In this document: one piece after another, positions 60,183 through 64,000 of the stretch
How positions within the stretch are numbered: position 1 is the stretch's first letter
Layout of the letters: every line of letters begins with the position of its first letter
Assembly (NCBI GenBank): GCA_043228905.1
Contig: JBHGNT010000004.1
Coordinates: 13,764,001 to 13,828,000 of the forward strand
Origin: Azolla caroliniana
Lineage: Eukaryota; Plantae; Polypodiophyta
Direction: 5' to 3'
Length of the DNA stretch: 64,000 bases
Translations under genes and position numbers: made by a program
The notes under the pieces: generated by a model
The model's input: the letters and a program-made list of their open reading frames with translations, nothing else
Databases searched by the model: none
What the model was told of the DNA's origin: nothing

Positions 60183-63100
60183 CGTGATAAATATCTTGAT
60201 ATATTATTTTATTTATTTATATGTAATTAAATCGGTTATATTATTTTTACTTTTTCACGTAGTGTACGAAATACACTACGACAACGTAGAGCATCTTTCT
60301 CAAAATCATCCAATGAACTCTTATCTACAAATTGATACAAAGGATCATTGGGTTCTAATATACACGCATAAAATTGTGCATCAACGTTTCGATCATAAGC
60401 ATAAAGATGATTAACAAACATTAAATTGTTCATCACAGTCCCATGAATAAAATCTTGTTGGTTGTTATTTCCTTCAAAAGAAATAGTATGATTCAACCAA
60501 TCAATATCAAGATTATGTCTATTATAAAACCATATGTAACCAAGAACTACATCTACCTTTCGTAAACGCATTACATGAAAAGTCAACTTTTCAATGTAAT
60601 TATGTATTACTAGGGGTACAACATGTGCATTAAATGAATGCCTTTGGACATGGCCTCCCACAGTAAGGACTTCGTAGTCGTCGTCATTGTTGGTTGTTTT
60701 TATTTGTAACATCTGCACCATATTAGAGTCTTGAAGAAAATTATGAGAGCTACCACAGTCAATTAGTATAGTTACACTTTGATTGTGGATAGTCCCATAA
60801 GTTTTAAGTAAATCATGTGGTCCAAGAATATTTTTTTGTAATGCAATATTACTAACGGAATTCAAATCATTCAAGAACATACTTGGATTATTGGAAGTTG
60901 ATGGCTTTCTTTGCGGATTGTTGGAGTTACCGCTCTCCTTTCTCCGTCTACACTCGTTGGCTTTATGCCCAGGCTTCTTACAAAAGTTGCAGATTATTAC
61001 TTGCCTTTTCGCATTGTCGCTTTCACCTATCGAAGAAGGTTGGTATCTACGTTTACCGCTTTCTCCTTCCGATTCTTTTGGTTGGCAACAAGCTTTTGTG
61101 TCAAATAGAATGCGGGCATGTTCCATCACTTCTCCCAAAGTCTTGGGTTGATGAGTGTGGATCTCCTAATGAAAATCTTTATTATGGAAACTATTAATAT
61201 ATAATCCTATCAGTATTTCCTCATTAGAAGCCGACAAAAGGCCACGCTTTGTTATCAAGTCGCAAAAATACTGATTGAATTGGTCAATAATCTTGCCCTT
61301 ATCAAACAAGTGACACATATCTTGTATCACTTGAGAAGTCATCTTGGGACGGACAAATTCATCCTGAGAGTCTTTTCAAATGCCTCCCACGTTCCCATTT
61401 TTTATCCAACCGCTCCCACCAAGAGTTTGCGGCACCGATCATCTCATGAACCGCCATATCGATCTTTTCAGAGTCATTTTGAATATTCTTAAGATGAAAG
61501 TGAGCATTCCATCGGTTTATCCAACTACTCACAAACTCGTGGTTGCGTTGCTTATCCCTTCCCGAGAACTGTTGAGGAGTAAATGAAGGATTTTTTGTAT
61601 TGCTTGATGTGGAAGTGTGTGCCTTTAACTCCAATATTTGTTGTTGAAGGTTTTCAAACTGATGCCTATTGGCATCAAGAAGCCCTTCAAGTTTGGAGGA
61701 GAACGCAGTTGTGACCATTGTCATTGACTTGACAATATCGTCTTGCATTTTACGGAAATCATCCCTCATGACGAATTTGATATCGTCATTAATATCCTCG
61801 TCACTAACCAGAGATATTTGTCGGCCGTCCTCATCTCGCATCGGAGAAATTGGATGACCTTGATGGGTGGGAGATGTGGGATGTGTCGAAAAACTTCGTT
61901 GGTTGGGAGATGTGTGATGTGCGGAATTGCGAGAGGAGGAAGCCATGATTAATACGGAGAGTTGAGAGGGTACGGAAATAAGTATGCTAAAGTCTAAAGT
62001 ACTAAAGTATTATATAAGACTTTAGAATTTGGATGAGAGAGTGAAGTATGCTATAGTATCATGAGAGGTAATACTTATATGATATATACCTTTTTTCATT
62101 CAAGTCGGTGAGGATAAAAGATTCCCCTATGATATATCCAATTTAGGAAATTATCCCCTTGTTATCTCTTTCGATTCCTAGACTAGACATTAGGAAATAA
62201 GACCACCCTTTTTAGGAAGTCGGTGATGAGTAGTCGATCACCACCTCTCTCAAGATAATCCCTTAAATTCTTCCAAACTAGGAAATTCTCCCTTTTTAGT
62301 TAATGAAAAATCCTAGTTTAGGTTTTAAGAATAAACATCCCCTTTTTGGAAGTCGATGGGAATAGCTTGTGATTTCCATGAGAATCACTGCTAACAAATA
62401 GGGGTGATGATCAAAATATCCCTTCAATTATCATCCCCCTATTCTTCCCATCCATCCCACACTCATGCTCCCCTCTCAAAAACTAATTTTTTCCCCTTAT
62501 GTCTCTCCTTTGCATCGATTAATAATTGATGACGATCTTATCCATATAATCATAAAATCATCCTTATAATCAACTATATAATCATCCATATAATCCATCC
62601 ATTAAGACTAATGATCAATGGTTTATCCATCCATCATCGTGTAATTAAAACGCACCCATGGTGATGGATGATTGTGGCCATTTGAATAAACCTTCGGGTC
62701 AATGATCAATTGATTATTAACATTCAACGATCATCACCCTAGTTCTATCGGACAATTTTAATTAAATTGATTATCAATGATCATTATCCATATATATGAT
62801 GATCATCAATTATTTCATTGAAAATTAGATGATCAAGCATCACCTATAGTCTATTGGTGGCCGACCTCTAGAGATGCGATCTCCACACGTAAGGCCGCCT
62901 CATGGGCATGGCCATTAGATCAAGAGGGGTATACGAAACATAAAATATAAGTATATTTAATGTGCTTTTATTTTAATAAATATATATTAAATATCTTAAC
63001 ATAAAACAAACACATAATAATAATAACAATAATTCTATGAAACCTGTTTTTTTAATTTTAAACCGCTTGATTTTTTTTTGTACATCAATGGATCAAACTC

Positions 63101-64000
63101 AAAGCCTTTTCTTTTAAGGTTATAACAAGAATCTACTAACCAACCCATCGCACAAATCTTGTTATGATAAAATCTATGTCAAAACCTTAATATATTTATT
63201 ATACATAACCCCCTACAATAAACTATACATCAACATATCACCCCCAAACGGAATCTCCGTGGCGTTTTCAACATTTCCCCAATCCTTCATTTAACATAAA
63301 TTAGTACATAACAAAATAACATATTTTCCCATTCTAAATCACACAACATGAATCCAATCAAACATTATTTCTTTAAGATTAAAACCGCTCGGATACCATA
63401 TGTAATAACCAAGATCATTAATCCTAAAATAGAAACATAAATGATACAATCATACTGAAAATACATGTTACTACCCATCCGCCCTTGCGCTAGACTCGAC
63501 AGCGCAGACGAGGAATCCCGATCTGTCCCATACCAACTAGTATCTCCATGTCAAGACCTTGGTAGATGACTAGTCCACATTAAAGAGAGCTTCGTCAGAA
63601 CCACTCATGGGGCCTCCCCCTAACTATGGAGAGTATGCCCTATTTATAGGACCTAGGAGATGTAATGACATCTACCTAACCAATCATGTGTGGGGTACCC
63701 AATGACACACATTAGGTGAGCCCCCAAATAAGCACGTCTAAACCAATGTACACTAGTCCAGCCGAGGATAAACATTCTTGAGGAATACAATGACCATCAG
63801 ATACAACTCACGCTAGAGCTTGAATCTTATGAAAAAGCGTACCTTCGAGCACAAGACGAGCATGAAGAGATTGAGGAAACACATCAGAGCCCAAATTGAG
63901 AACTGCCCCAAGTTGATGATTTTTGTTTGGAATCTCCCTTTAGACAAACCTCACGTCGACATACTACTAGAGGGTCTAGAGGGGTTGCGATACTATTTTG

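Larger units (their letters stand above)
56504..60283 (-). mobile_element. Young non-autonomous gag-only LTR retroelement (TR-GAG-like), tRNA-Trp primed
   Basis: 866-bp LTRs 56504-57369 and 59418-60283 (1 difference seen), 4-bp TSD ACGT, PBS tcacgtcgggttcacca at 59397-59413, PPT ~57370-57382, no pol. Confidence 0.95.
54940..63789 (-). mobile_element. 3'-truncated decayed Ty3/gypsy (chromovirus-like RT): LTR ~63401-63789, Met-i PBS, long 5' leader, gag, PR, RT, RH; interrupted at 56504-60283
   Basis: PBS gctcggatacca at 63387-63398; minus-strand TATA at ~63640; gag 61359-61946; CNFCKKPGHKANEC and LIDCGSSHNF in 60236-61138; [15 protein letters not shown] and VFLDEI; RH ETNASDY and DHKSL. Confidence 0.85.

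Overview
Eukaryotic, land-plant nuclear DNA. A fern or other non-seed plant is inferred from the intronless PLS-PPR gene and the TE families present. There is one host gene, a PLS-class PPR at 3693-5690; the rest is nested, fragmented transposable elements. Three young, structurally complete LTR elements are present: a Tnt1/Tork-like Copia (29001-34320, TSD CCTTG), an Athila-like Gypsy with a long extra 3' ORF (38806-48884, TSD GGAAG) and a gag-only, tRNA-Trp-primed element (56504-60283, 4-bp TSD ACGT). Many decayed Copia/Gypsy fragments, a LINE endonuclease remnant and two DNA-transposon relics fill the remainder. The most striking find is at 50213-53046: a Sola1-type DDE transposase pseudogene lies head-to-head with an intron-containing, bacterial-type beta-class amino-DNA methyltransferase pseudogene (motifs DIPY, WIK, NPYQKP, DLFSGIGTT, ALEKD). 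Second, the gag-only element's LTRs carry a tRNA-shaped Pol III promoter (intact A and B boxes at tRNA spacing). Third, a P-element-like transposase relic lies beside the PPR gene. All calls come from manual reading; no database searches were run.
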